Positions 19,926-30,038 of a stretch of DNA of 64,000 nucleotides are shown here, in pieces. The stretch spans positions 306,361 to 370,360 of the forward strand of contig CAZAZU010000001.1 in the NCBI GenBank assembly GCA_964490105.1. Reading direction: 5' to 3'. The stretch is from an uncultured Gammaproteobacteria bacterium (GTDB lineage Bacteria > Patescibacteriota > Microgenomatia > Levybacterales > UBA12049). How positions within the stretch are numbered: the first letter of the stretch is position 1; every line of letters begins with the position of its first letter. The position numbers were made by a program, and so were the translations under genes. The notes beneath the pieces are model-generated. The model had not been told where the DNA came from and made no database searches. It saw nothing but the letters and a program-made list of their open reading frames with translations.

Positions 19926-21919
19926 AATCTTTCAATATTACCATCTGAGACCTTCAAAATGCTGACTAGAATTTTATCATTAAACTCAAAATTTTTTATT
20001 TGTCGTAAATTATAAAATAAGGGGACATTTGATAAATTTATAACACAGTAAGACTCTTTGCAGGATTTCATTTTAATATTTGTCGTTCGATTATCTTTTG
20101 TGATTATTTTTAAAGTAAAATAATCATCAGTTACATTTCCACTATTCACCAGCAATATTATCTTATCTGAGCTTACATTATTATTTTCTAAATATTTGTT
20201 AATTTTTTTCTGATTGAAATCTTTTGTTAAAAATTTATTGTCTGCATTTATGATATATCTCTCTTTATTTCTTCCTTCAGATAAAGGTATGGATTCTAAG
20301 TTAATATCTAAAAGATGTTTTTTATACTCACTTGCAAGTTTGTAGTTATTATTCAAAAAGAAATCGGAGTTTTGGTGTCTTTCGAGTATTAGAAAATTCC
20401 CCGCAGAATCCTTAACTGAATAATTACCAAGAATGTATTTCAGTTCATAAACACCTCTAATATAATTTGGAACTTCATCTTGAATCGCTTTATTTCGTGT
20501 ATTAACTACGACATAATTTATATTATTTTTAAGATAATTAATATTCATGATCTGGGAAGTTTTAGAAGAAGCTTCATATATGCTAGTAAAATAGGGTTGT
20601 TTTTGTTTTAAAAGTACATAGAAAATAGGATCACCTGGATAGCTTAAAATTTTATTATTAAAATTTTCATATTTCATCAGCTTCTGGATAACTAATTTAT
20701 ATTCATCAGAATTCGCAACACTACCCATATTTAAATTATGGCAATTTTTTCGTGTCGGGTTAGAAAAGTTTGATTTAGTTATTCCGGAGTTATTTCCATA
20801 TGCAAGATAAAAAATACCAATTATTAACATCACTACAATTAAACAGGTTATTCTTATTAATGTATTATTTTCTAATCTTTTCTTGGACTGGGTAATAATT
20901 TCCCAAAAAATTATTGCAAATAAAACAAATGCGATGAAAGATATATTATTTTCCATTAGCCTGACTATGTTTTTCTGTTCAAGTAAAATAATTGTAAAAA
21001 TTAAACCAATTTCAAAGTATGTATAAAGGGATTTTTTCCTTTTCTGAACAAATTTATAAGTTATAAAAAGAATGGCAAAACTTAAAACTCCTACAGAAAA
21101 TAAATTATTTAGTGAAATAAACAGATTAAACAAAGGTGTTTTTGATAATAATGGAAATTCAGGAAGACTTACTGTTAAATAGTACCAAAACATTTCTAAG
21201 GCATTATTTTTAGTTAGATAATATACAAAAGGTAGTAGACCCAAAAAGCTCCCAAAAACGAAATAGCTTAATCTTATAAATATCGGCCTTAGAAATAATT
21301 TTGTTTTTACCTTTCTAAAATTTGAGAGAACTTCCACAAATTGAAAAAGGAAGAAAATTATAAAACCAAATATTCCTTGATCATGAAAAAGCCAGAATAT
21401 GATAGATAAAATAAAACCTGAAAGAAAATAAAATCTACTGCTATCTCTATTCGCGTAAAAACAATAAGACAAAACAGTTGATATTGCTAAGGAAATCCCA
21501 TATCTATTAAAAGTTCCAGTATTTGCGATAAAAATTATAAAAAATAAAAATGGAACAAAAATAATATAGGTAATTTGCTTTAATTTAAAAATTTTTCTAA
21601 AGAAGAAAATAAGTGTATTTAAAACTAAGAGAGAAAATATTAAATAAAGAATTAAAAATAATGTATTTCCATCTCTAAAATATGGCAATAGTCCGTAAGG
21701 ATAATATAGATCTCTATAAGGGATGAAATTGTTTGAAGCCGAATAGTTCCATGTTAAAAAAGTTTGAAAATCAAAATCTGAAAATCTTAAATATCCCGTA
21801 CAAAGGCTAAAATAATTAACTACTAATAATGTGATATTTAAAAATATTACTAAAAATAATTCATCTAAATTTTTTTTTAAATATCCTGAGTAAATTTTTA
21901 TTTTTTTCTTATATACCAT
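19919..21919 (-). CDS. Large polytopic membrane protein with a soluble C-terminal domain (possible GT-C glycosyltransferase)
   Basis: 666 aa. The first about 400 aa are very hydrophobic and F/L/I-rich, and the C-terminal about 250 aa are hydrophilic. Confidence 0.35.
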   Translation of the reverse strand: MVYKKKIKIYSGYLKKNLDELFLVIFLNITLLVVNYFSLCTGYLRFSDFDFQTFLTWNYSASNNFIPYRDLYYPYGLLPYFRDGNTLFLILYLIFSLLVLNTLIFFFRKIFKLKQITYIIFVPFLFFIIFIANTGTFNRYGISLAISTVLSYCFYANRDSSRFYFLSGFILSIIFWLFHDQGIFGFIIFFLFQFVEVLSNFRKVKTKLFLRPIFIRLSYFVFGSFLGLLPFVYYLTKNNALEMFWYYLTVSLPEFPLLSKTPLFNLFISLNNLFSVGVLSFAILFITYKFVQKRKKSLYTYFEIGLIFTIILLEQKNIVRLMENNISFIAFVLFAIIFWEIITQSKKRLENNTLIRITCLIVVMLIIGIFYLAYGNNSGITKSNFSNPTRKNCHNLNMGSVANSDEYKLVIQKLMKYENFNNKILSYPGDPIFYVLLKQKQPYFTSIYEASSKTSQIMNINYLKNNINYVVVNTRNKAIQDEVPNYIRGVYELKYILGNYSVKDSAGNFLILERHQNSDFFLNNNYKLASEYKKHLLDINLESIPLSEGRNKERYIINADNKFLTKDFNQKKINKYLENNNVSSDKIILLVNSGNVTDDYFTLKIITKDNRTTNIKMKSCKESYCVINLSNVPLFYNLRQIKNFEFNDKILVSILKVSDGNIERLW

Positions 21920-22134
21920 AGAATAATGAATATGAAACTTGGGAAAAAGATAAGTATAAAAAACATCACAGTATCAAAATAATATGGATAACCATAATAC
22001 TGTGAATAACCCACTATCTTGTAGTCTGATATTTCAGGCGGCGGAAAAAATACCCTGATTCGCCTAAAAGATAACAAAAAAATGACGAGGAAAATTGCGT
22101 AAATAATTCCTGCTTTTATAAAAATCTTAGTCAT
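21898..22134 (-). CDS. Small membrane protein (2 TM)
   Basis: 78 aa hydrophobic ORF that overlaps neighbouring genes in the same orientation. Confidence 0.25.
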   Translation of the reverse strand: MTKIFIKAGIIYAIFLVIFLLSFRRIRVFFPPPEISDYKIVGYSQYYGYPYYFDTVMFFILIFFPSFIFIILWYIRKK

Positions 22135-23009
22135 ATCTCATTTAAATATCTTACTAATCCAGAATTTATATCAGGTAACGATATCCCCAATTTTTTCGCT
22201 TTTATATTCTTTAACACTGAATAAGTAGGCCTTCTATAGCCCGCATTTTCCTCTTCCTCACTCAATGGGACCACCTTTGAGGTTAACTTTTTATATTTAA
22301 TGATCTGTTTTGTAAAATCATACCAACTCATACCTCCTTCATTAACTAAGTGATATATTCCCGGTTTGGGCTTAAGGTTTACTAAATTAATACTAGACTC
22401 TGCTAAATCACCGGCGTATGTAGGACTAACGATTTGCTGATTACTAGCTTTAATAACCTTCTCGTTTTTTGACTCATTTAATATCCTGAGTACAAAGTTT
22501 CCTTTTTTACTCCTACTCCCCTTTCTACCCCTTCCGTAAATTCCGCAAGTTCTAATTACATAGGTACCCTGACTATATTCATTTAATGAATTAATTTCTC
22601 CCGCGTATTTACTTAGACCATAAATTTGTAATGGGTTTGGCATATCATTTTCCAGATATGGGGATGCCTGTTCCCCATCGAATACATAATTAGTACTATA
22701 TGTCACAAATAATGCTCCTGCTTCTTTCGATAGCCTGGCCAAGCTTCCTACGCTAATACAATTTATATTCATAGCTTTTAATGGATTTTTTTCGCATTTA
22801 CCTATTACATGATATGCGGAGGTGTTAAGAATTACCTTAGGTTTTGTTTTTCTTATAATTCTCTCAAGTGTTTTATGATCAGATACATCAAGTTCCTTTC
22901 TTGAATAGGCTTTAAATTTTATTTTACGGGATAATAAATTTTTTACTAAAGCATCTCCAAGCTGCCCATCTTTACCGATTACCAAAAAGTCAGTCATACC
23001 AGTGGCCAA
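22131..23009 (-). CDS. rfbD: dTDP-4-dehydrorhamnose reductase
   Basis: FLVIGKDGQLG, STNYVFDGE and YGLSKYAGE are RmlD family signatures. It is translationally coupled to rfbC upstream. Confidence 0.7.
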   Translation of the reverse strand: MATGMTDFLVIGKDGQLGDALVKNLLSRKIKFKAYSRKELDVSDHKTLERIIRKTKPKVILNTSAYHVIGKCEKNPLKAMNINCISVGSLARLSKEAGALFVTYSTNYVFDGEQASPYLENDMPNPLQIYGLSKYAGEINSLNEYSQGTYVIRTCGIYGRGRKGSRSKKGNFVLRILNESKNEKVIKASNQQIVSPTYAGDLAESSINLVNLKPKPGIYHLVNEGGMSWYDFTKQIIKYKKLTSKVVPLSEEEENAGYRRPTYSVLKNIKAKKLGISLPDINSGLVRYLNEI

Positions 23010-23518
23010 TTTTTATCTTTTTTTGCCATTACAGTTGGTTTTAATGGCCATGAGATACTAAACGAGGGATCATTCCACCTATATCCGATATTATGTGGCA
23101 AAGAAAATTCTCCAGACATTAGATAAAGAACTTCGCAGTTATTAATAAGAGCTTGGTAACCATGAGCAAACCCTTTCGGTATATACAAACATTGATTATC
23201 ATTTTCAGAAAATTCTTTTCCAAACCACTTACCGTATGTTTTAGATTGTGATCTCATATCTAAGACAACTTCAAAAATTTTCCCCCGTACGCATCTTACT
23301 AATTTCGCTTCCTCAAAAGGCTTTGATTGCATATGAAGTCCTCTTATGGTTCCTCTTTTTTTTGTGAAGGTGTATTTTACCTGTGTTAATTTAAATTTAA
23401 TATTATTCTCTTTATAAAAATCTTCATCATAATATTTTGCCAAATATCCTCTGTCATCATCAAATCTTTCTGATTCAACTATATACAAATCGCTAATCTT
23501 TGTCTTTATTAATTTCAT
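22994..23518 (-). CDS. rfbC: dTDP-4-dehydrorhamnose 3,5-epimerase
   Basis: Cupin motifs RGLHMQ, RGYLAKYY and AHGY. I chose the start at MKLIKTKISDLYIVE by analogy to RmlC N-termini. The ORF-track start is 23566. Confidence 0.7.
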   Translation of the reverse strand: MKLIKTKISDLYIVESERFDDDRGYLAKYYDEDFYKENNIKFKLTQVKYTFTKKRGTIRGLHMQSKPFEEAKLVRCVRGKIFEVVLDMRSQSKTYGKWFGKEFSENDNQCLYIPKGFAHGYQALINNCEVLYLMSGEFSLPHNIGYRWNDPSFSISWPLKPTVMAKKDKNWPLV

Positions 23519-23639
23519 AGAACGATCGTATATTAGCAAACTATTTATGCATAGTCTACTTTTCAAAAATATTCCAAAAGTAATAATTAAATTAAAAAAT
23601 ATTTAAAATATATCCAGTTTCAATCTTGTCATTTAATAT

Positions 23640-24917
23640 GTGTTTGTATATTATATCTGCATGCAAAAAAATAAGATAAACAAGAGTAGTAATAAAAAAA
23701 CAATATCTATTAAAAAATGCAGATCCTGTAACTCTACAAATCTTGAGGAAATAATTACTCTTGGAAATCTATATCTTTCAGATTTTTTACAAAAAAATGT
23801 AAAACCTAAGTCATTTCCCTTAACACTAGTTCTTTGCAATAAGTGTTTTCTCCTACAATTAAGACACACTTCTCCGCCCTCGTCTCTTTACACAGAAAGA
23901 TATGGGTATAAATCAGGAATAAACAAAACTATGAAATCAGAACTTGAAGAAATTGCTAAAGATGCATTAGTTAAGTTAAATAAAAAACCTAAGGAGATAA
24001 CAGTAGTGGATATTGGAGCAAATGATGGAACTTTATTAAGCTTTTATCCCAAGGAAGTATATAGAATCGCCGTAGAACCTATTAAGAAGTTTGCTAAAGA
24101 GAGTAAAAAACACGCAGATGAAGTAATAAATGATTTTTTTTCATATGAAACATTTACCAAAAAAATAAAAAACAAAAATGCAGATGTTGTAACTGCAATC
24201 TCCTGCTTTTATGACATGCCGGATCCAAATAAATTCGTAATGGATGTTAAAAAAATAATGAAAGATGATGGTATTTTTATTATCCAGCAAAACTATCTTG
24301 TTGGCATGCTTGAACAAAACGCATTCGATAACATAGTACATGAGCATTTGGAATATTACTCACTTCTTTCCCTTTCAAATCTTTTGAAAAAATATGATTT
24401 GGAAATTTTTGATGTAAAACTCAGGGATTTAAATGGCGGGAGTTTTAAAACATATATTGCTCATACCGGTAAAAGGACAATCTCGAAAAATGTTTTAAAA
24501 ATGCAACTAACTGAAAAAAAATTAAAACTCAATAATAAGAAAATTTATAAAGATTTTGGAAAAAGAATTAATGAAAATAAAAAAGAGCTATCTGAATTAA
24601 TTAAAAAAATATTAAAAGAAAAGAAATCAATCTACATTTATGGGGCGTCAACAAGAGGAAATACATTGCTACAGTTTTATAAATTAAACAATAAGCATAT
24701 TAAATATGCAGTTGAAAGAAATTCAGAAAAACATGGAAAAATAATAGCGTCTGTCGGAATACCAATAATATCTGAGGAGCAAGCAAGAATTGATCACCCT
24801 GATTACATGCTAATTCTACCGTGGTTTTTTAAATCAGAATTTCTTGAAAGAGAAAAAACTTATCTAAAAAAAGGCGGACATTTTATATTTCCTCTTCCTA
24901 AGCTGGAAGTTATTTAA
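23640..24917 (+). CDS. NDP-hexose C-methyltransferase family protein, paralog 4
   Basis: Zinc ribbon CRSCNS...CNKCFLLQL, plus VVDIGANDGTLL, DGIFIIQ and VHEHLEYYS. The alternative start MQKNK is at 23661. Confidence 0.7.
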   Translation: MFVYYICMQKNKINKSSNKKTISIKKCRSCNSTNLEEIITLGNLYLSDFLQKNVKPKSFPLTLVLCNKCFLLQLRHTSPPSSLYTERYGYKSGINKTMKSELEEIAKDALVKLNKKPKEITVVDIGANDGTLLSFYPKEVYRIAVEPIKKFAKESKKHADEVINDFFSYETFTKKIKNKNADVVTAISCFYDMPDPNKFVMDVKKIMKDDGIFIIQQNYLVGMLEQNAFDNIVHEHLEYYSLLSLSNLLKKYDLEIFDVKLRDLNGGSFKTYIAHTGKRTISKNVLKMQLTEKKLKLNNKKIYKDFGKRINENKKELSELIKKILKEKKSIYIYGASTRGNTLLQFYKLNNKHIKYAVERNSEKHGKIIASVGIPIISEEQARIDHPDYMLILPWFFKSEFLEREKTYLKKGGHFIFPLPKLEVI

Positions 24918-24931
24918 CAATATCGCATATA

Positions 24932-26707
24932 ATGTGGGCAGTAATGTTTTCAGATCCATACAGAACCGTCATTTTAAGTATCTTAGGAAGCATACTCTTG
25001 CTTTCATTTTTATTAATTAACAAATATTTTTACCCCAAAAAAGAAATTTCCTTTTTTAAATTATTAATCCTAATATCACTTCTTCCCCTATTAAGTCTTC
25101 TTAGGCCAGGAGTTTACGAAAGCGGAGATTTTAGTATCCATATATATAGAAGCATGGAATTCTACCAATCTCTTCAAGAAGGCCACCTGATGCCTTCTTG
25201 GGCAGGAAATTTAAACGCAACCTATGGATATCCGTTATTTAAATTTAATTATGTTTTCCCATACTACATAATAAGCTTTTTTCATTTTATCGGGTTTTCT
25301 TTCGTAACAAGCATGAAGCTTTTCTTTGCCTTTTGTTTTATCTTTTCGGGAATATCAATGTATTATTTAGGGAAAACATTATTTAAAAACGATCTTTCTG
25401 CATTTACTTCATCTATTTTTTATTTATTTGCCCCATACCATCTCATTTCGGTTCATTTTAAAAATACAATTGGCGAAATATTTGTTTTTGTAACAATTCC
25501 ATTGATTTTTGTTTTTATTGAAAAGTTTAAGCAAGATAAAAAACTTTCATATTTATTGCTATCAGGTCTTTTCCTGGGTATTACAGCATTGGGTCATATG
25601 TTCATAGCCATGGCCTTGATTCCCGTGATTTTTACATATACCCTAATTTGCCTTAGGAAAATTATATATTCTGGTATCTATTCAACATGCATAATTTTAA
25701 TAGCCGGATTAATCTCACTTTATCAATGGGGAGCTATTTTAATATATTCAAATAGTCTATATACCAGCCTATACCCAATCGACATTAATAACCTGTATTA
25801 CCCCACCTTAAGAGATCTTCTTTATTCACCATGGAAACTAGGTTTTTTATTTCAAGGAAGTTATGGAGAAATTTCCAATCTTTTGGGGTATGTGCAGATA
25901 TTTATACTCGTGAGCATAGTATATTTTCTACTTAAAGGAAGGGTTTCAAAAAAGCTACAAACAAATTTAATATTTCTGTTATTCATAGTTTCCATAACAA
26001 TTTTTATGGTAAACCGTGCTTCGATTGATATTTGGAGTTTGTTTCCTTTTATTAATGCTGCTGGTCCTCATAGACTTTTAATTCTTACAACATTTTCAAT
26101 ATCACTTATTGCTGGTTATTATGTACTTATTAAAAATAAGAACAAAAAGTTAATTTATATATTAATTTTTTTATGCATTGGAACCACTATTTTAAACTGG
26201 GGAAATAGAAGGGTAATTTCCAGTTTTAATGACAAAACACTAAGAGATTTTATTCCGTACAGTACTTATCGTACCGAAAGGCATTTTTATGCGAATACTA
26301 AGTGGGTTAATCCAGATTATCTGTGGTTTTCAAATCCTCCGAAAACTAAAATTGAAATTCTAGAAGGAAATGCGAAAATAATAGGAATTAAAAGAAACTC
26401 AACAGAACACACTTATATAATTGACGCAAAAAGCCCATTAACAGTAAGGGAAAATACCTTATACTTTCCTGATTGGTCGCTAAAGAGTAATGGAAAAAAT
26501 ATTTCCATATATCCTGATAAGAACGGTGTAATTTCCGCCAAACTTCCCGCAGGGCTTCAAATAGTTAAACTTAAATATGATGATTTATTAATTTTTAAAA
26601 TTTATAAACTAATCAGTGCTGTTACATTATTTTCATTAATTTTGTTTGTGAGTTATAAATTTATCCGTCAGCGTACTACTAAAAGCCTGATTTTCAAACA
26701 CCATTAG
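24932..26707 (+). CDS. Polytopic membrane protein, putative GT-C fold glycosyltransferase (ArnT/YfhO-like)
   Basis: 591 aa with more than 10 TM helices, an extracytoplasmic loop motif GDFSIHIYRSMEFYQSLQEGHLMP near the N-terminus, and a C-terminal soluble domain. Confidence 0.4.
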   Translation: MWAVMFSDPYRTVILSILGSILLLSFLLINKYFYPKKEISFFKLLILISLLPLLSLLRPGVYESGDFSIHIYRSMEFYQSLQEGHLMPSWAGNLNATYGYPLFKFNYVFPYYIISFFHFIGFSFVTSMKLFFAFCFIFSGISMYYLGKTLFKNDLSAFTSSIFYLFAPYHLISVHFKNTIGEIFVFVTIPLIFVFIEKFKQDKKLSYLLLSGLFLGITALGHMFIAMALIPVIFTYTLICLRKIIYSGIYSTCIILIAGLISLYQWGAILIYSNSLYTSLYPIDINNLYYPTLRDLLYSPWKLGFLFQGSYGEISNLLGYVQIFILVSIVYFLLKGRVSKKLQTNLIFLLFIVSITIFMVNRASIDIWSLFPFINAAGPHRLLILTTFSISLIAGYYVLIKNKNKKLIYILIFLCIGTTILNWGNRRVISSFNDKTLRDFIPYSTYRTERHFYANTKWVNPDYLWFSNPPKTKIEILEGNAKIIGIKRNSTEHTYIIDAKSPLTVRENTLYFPDWSLKSNGKNISIYPDKNGVISAKLPAGLQIVKLKYDDLLIFKIYKLISAVTLFSLILFVSYKFIRQRTTKSLIFKHH

Positions 26708-26757
26708 ATATCTAAAGTAACATCTGATAAAATCAACAAAACTGCCTCCGGTTATTA

Positions 26758-28182
26758 ATGAATAATATTCTTATTGCCATTCCAACATATAACGAAGTTG
26801 ATAACGTTGAACAAATTTACAGGAAAATTAAATCTTCAAGATTAAATTCAGATATATTATTCGTTGATGATAATTCAAAGGATGGAACTTCAGGAATTAT
26901 CAAAGAAATACTTACAAAAGATAAATCAGTATTTTTAATTTCCAGAAAAAGAAAGATGGGAATTGGCAGCGCTCATCAGGAAGCAATTAGCTACGCATAC
27001 TCCAAAAAATATAAAAACCTAATAACTATGGATTCAGATTTCACGCACAAACCTGAGGACATAAAAAAATTTTTAAAAAAGAAAAAGTCAGGAGACGTAA
27101 TAGTTGGATCTCGATATATTTCCAAAGGAAGTCTTTCAGAATGGAATATAATCAGAAAAACGTTAACCTTAACAGCTCATTTTTTAACAAAAAATTTATT
27201 AAAGATGCCATATGACGCTACAAGTGCGTTTAGATTATATAATCTGGAAAAAATTCCAAAAGACATATTTTCAAAAGCAGAATCAGATAGCTACTCTTTT
27301 TTCTTTGAAAGTATGTTCATTCTTCATGTTAATAAATTTAAAATAAAAGAAGTTTCAATTGAGCTACCCGCAAGAACATATGGAAATTCAAAAATGACTT
27401 TTAAAGATATCTACACCAGCTTATCCTTACTAATGAAAACTTTTTTTCTTTATAAAACATATAAAGATTTATTTATATACACCCCGCAAGTATTATTACC
27501 CAGCAAAACACAGACTGATGAAGAAATTGAATGGGATAATTATTGGAAGTTTCAAAGAAAAAACAGAAAAATCCTTTATGACACTATTGCAATTTTTTAT
27601 CGTAAATATATTATTAGGCAAAACCTAAACAGGCAAATTAAATCTAATTTTAAAAAGAATTCAATCATTCTCCATGCAGGTTCAGGCGGAGGACAAGTAG
27701 ATTCAGATATCATAAAATATGTAAAGATAACAGCATTAGATATCTCCACCGGAGCATTAAATCTATACAAGAGGATATATGGCCAAGATTGTAAGGTAGT
27801 TCACGGAAGTATATTTAAAATTCCTGCAAAAAAAGAAAGCTTTGATGGCATTTACAACCTGGGAGTCATGGAGCACTTCAACGAAAAAGAAATCAGCAAA
27901 ATACTTAAAGAATTTAATAGGATACTTAAAAAGAACGGGAAAATTATTTTATTTTGGCCGCCTGCATTTGGAATAAGCGTTCTATTTCTTAACTCAATGC
28001 ATTTTATTTTAAATAATTTACTGGGAAAAAAGATCAGACTCCATCCAGAAGAAATTACAAAAGTTAAATCAAAAAAACAAATAATAAAGTTTCTTTCTCA
28101 GGCTGGATTTGAATTAGAAAAATTCAACTTCGGCCCAAGAGATCTTTTTACCTATGTGGTAATTGTCGCTGTAAAAAAATAA
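26758..28182 (+). CDS. Bifunctional GT2 polyprenyl-phosphate glycosyltransferase and class I SAM methyltransferase fusion
   Basis: The N-terminus IAIPTYNEVDNV...LFVDDNSKDGT is DPM1-like. The C-terminus ILHAGSGGGQ...LGVMEHF is a Methyltransf_11-like domain. Confidence 0.6.
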   Translation: MNNILIAIPTYNEVDNVEQIYRKIKSSRLNSDILFVDDNSKDGTSGIIKEILTKDKSVFLISRKRKMGIGSAHQEAISYAYSKKYKNLITMDSDFTHKPEDIKKFLKKKKSGDVIVGSRYISKGSLSEWNIIRKTLTLTAHFLTKNLLKMPYDATSAFRLYNLEKIPKDIFSKAESDSYSFFFESMFILHVNKFKIKEVSIELPARTYGNSKMTFKDIYTSLSLLMKTFFLYKTYKDLFIYTPQVLLPSKTQTDEEIEWDNYWKFQRKNRKILYDTIAIFYRKYIIRQNLNRQIKSNFKKNSIILHAGSGGGQVDSDIIKYVKITALDISTGALNLYKRIYGQDCKVVHGSIFKIPAKKESFDGIYNLGVMEHFNEKEISKILKEFNRILKKNGKIILFWPPAFGISVLFLNSMHFILNNLLGKKIRLHPEEITKVKSKKQIIKFLSQAGFELEKFNFGPRDLFTYVVIVAVKK

Positions 28183-29187
28183 CTATTTATGTTTTCTCCA
28201 AAGCTTTAAATAAGCATCAGTAACATTTTCCCAGGTCTGATTTTTTACCCACTTGTATGCACTGTCTACAAACATTTTTGCTTGCTTTGGATTTTTCTGG
28301 AAATACATAACTTTTCTAGCTAACTTTTCTGGCGTATCTGCAGTAATTAGATACTTTATAAACGGTGTCATCTCTAAATAATCCTTTTTAACCGGGTTAT
28401 CATATAAAGCGAATACCATCCTTTTACTTGCAAAAGCCTCTAGGATTGAAAGGTAACGGCTTACAAAAGCGAAATTATATCTAGCTAAATATTCCATTGG
28501 TTCATTTTTAAACCCCAATGGTTTATATTTTTTTAATTTATTAAAGTATGGACCCTCACCTATGATTTTGAATTCAAAATTAGGTTTTATTTTTTGTATT
28601 CTCGAAACTGCTTTTGCGTAATCGATTATACCAGTGTGTTCGTCAAGCCTTCCTATAAAAACCGCAGAATTTACTTTATTAGGACTACGATTCTTATCTG
28701 GAATTCTAACTCCGCCATAAATTGTATAATCAGATTTAGTTTGGTACCACTTTTTCATAAACTCGCCAACTATAATATTTCCATCGGCCAGTTTTTCAGA
28801 TACTTTCCTTATTAAAAATGCCTTTTTAGAAATTGGGTAAGTTTCGTATCCATGAAATGTAATAAAACTTTTTTTACTCAAAAATAAGAATTTAAGCGGA
28901 AAATACTGATAATAAACATCATGCGCGTGCACTACATCTGCGTTTTTAAAAAGATTTCTATTTCTTAAAATCCATATCCAAATATAAAATTTTCTTCTTT
29001 TGCCTTGCGGAAGATTAGGAATTCTTTCTGTTTTTATTCCCTCAATCTCATGTAAATCGCCCTCTGATTCAGTAATAACTGTAACCTTATGCCCCTTTTT
29101 TATTAGAATCTTCGAAATCTCATACACGTGCTTCTCTACTCCGCCTTTATCCGGCCAAAATCTTCTTGTTAAGAAAACAATCTTCAT
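28183..29187 (-). CDS. Glycosyltransferase family 4 (group 1)
   Basis: MKIVFLTRRFWPDKGGVEKHVYEIS is a typical GT4 N-terminus. It has a C-terminal Rossmann domain. Confidence 0.6.
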   Translation of the reverse strand: MKIVFLTRRFWPDKGGVEKHVYEISKILIKKGHKVTVITESEGDLHEIEGIKTERIPNLPQGKRRKFYIWIWILRNRNLFKNADVVHAHDVYYQYFPLKFLFLSKKSFITFHGYETYPISKKAFLIRKVSEKLADGNIIVGEFMKKWYQTKSDYTIYGGVRIPDKNRSPNKVNSAVFIGRLDEHTGIIDYAKAVSRIQKIKPNFEFKIIGEGPYFNKLKKYKPLGFKNEPMEYLARYNFAFVSRYLSILEAFASKRMVFALYDNPVKKDYLEMTPFIKYLITADTPEKLARKVMYFQKNPKQAKMFVDSAYKWVKNQTWENVTDAYLKLWRKHK

Positions 29188-30014
29188 ATATATTTAGCAG
29201 GCAGATTTATAAACCTTATGATTCCCTCAGTTAAACTACCAACAATAAATCCATTATATTTTCTTAGAAATTCAAGCCTACTTTTTTCATAAGTTTTCTT
29301 AATCCATTCCAAATTCTGTGAACTTCTACCAACAAAATGAGTTACGCGTGCATTTGGAAAATAGACAATTCTTAATCCTGTCTTGCTGACTCTTTGACAA
29401 ATATCAGCTTCTTCGAAATACATAAAAAATCTCCTATCAAACCCTTTTATTGTTCTAAATATTTCGCTTCTTACCATCATACACGCACCACACAAAACCG
29501 GTATATCTTTTTCTTTTTCTCTATCAAAGTCTTTTAAAAAATATTTATTTGAAAAATAATTATTCGGAAACAGATTATTTATAGATGACAATGCAAAGAT
29601 AACATCAGGAATTTCTGGCAGATTGTTCCCTACTTTTCTTATTCTTTTTTTCTCATCTAAGAATGCAGGGCCAATTATTCCTATTGTTAAATCCGTTTCC
29701 ATTTTATTCACTAAGATTTCAATTGAGTTTCTTTCAAAGGTTAAATCGGGATTAGCTAATAAGAGATATTTGCCTTGAGCATCTTCTGCTCCCTTATTTA
29801 AACCCAGTCCGTATCCAACATTTTTATTTTTAATATATTTTATTTTTTTAATTTTAAATATTTTTTCAGGAAGTTTTTCAGTTGAAGCATTATCCACAAT
29901 GATAATTTCATAAGATAATTTATTGATAGCTTTTTTTATCGAGCTTACGGCGTCCAATATTTCAGATGGTGTATTATAATATACAAAAATTACGGAAACA
30001 TCGACTCGCTTCAT
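29184..30014 (-). CDS. Glycosyltransferase family 2
   Basis: VSVIFVYYNTPSEIL...IIVDNAST is GT2 motif 1. Confidence 0.65.
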   Translation of the reverse strand: MKRVDVSVIFVYYNTPSEILDAVSSIKKAINKLSYEIIIVDNASTEKLPEKIFKIKKIKYIKNKNVGYGLGLNKGAEDAQGKYLLLANPDLTFERNSIEILVNKMETDLTIGIIGPAFLDEKKRIRKVGNNLPEIPDVIFALSSINNLFPNNYFSNKYFLKDFDREKEKDIPVLCGACMMVRSEIFRTIKGFDRRFFMYFEEADICQRVSKTGLRIVYFPNARVTHFVGRSSQNLEWIKKTYEKSRLEFLRKYNGFIVGSLTEGIIRFINLPAKYI

Positions 30015-30038
30015 TTGAGTGTAATTTTACCACAATAA

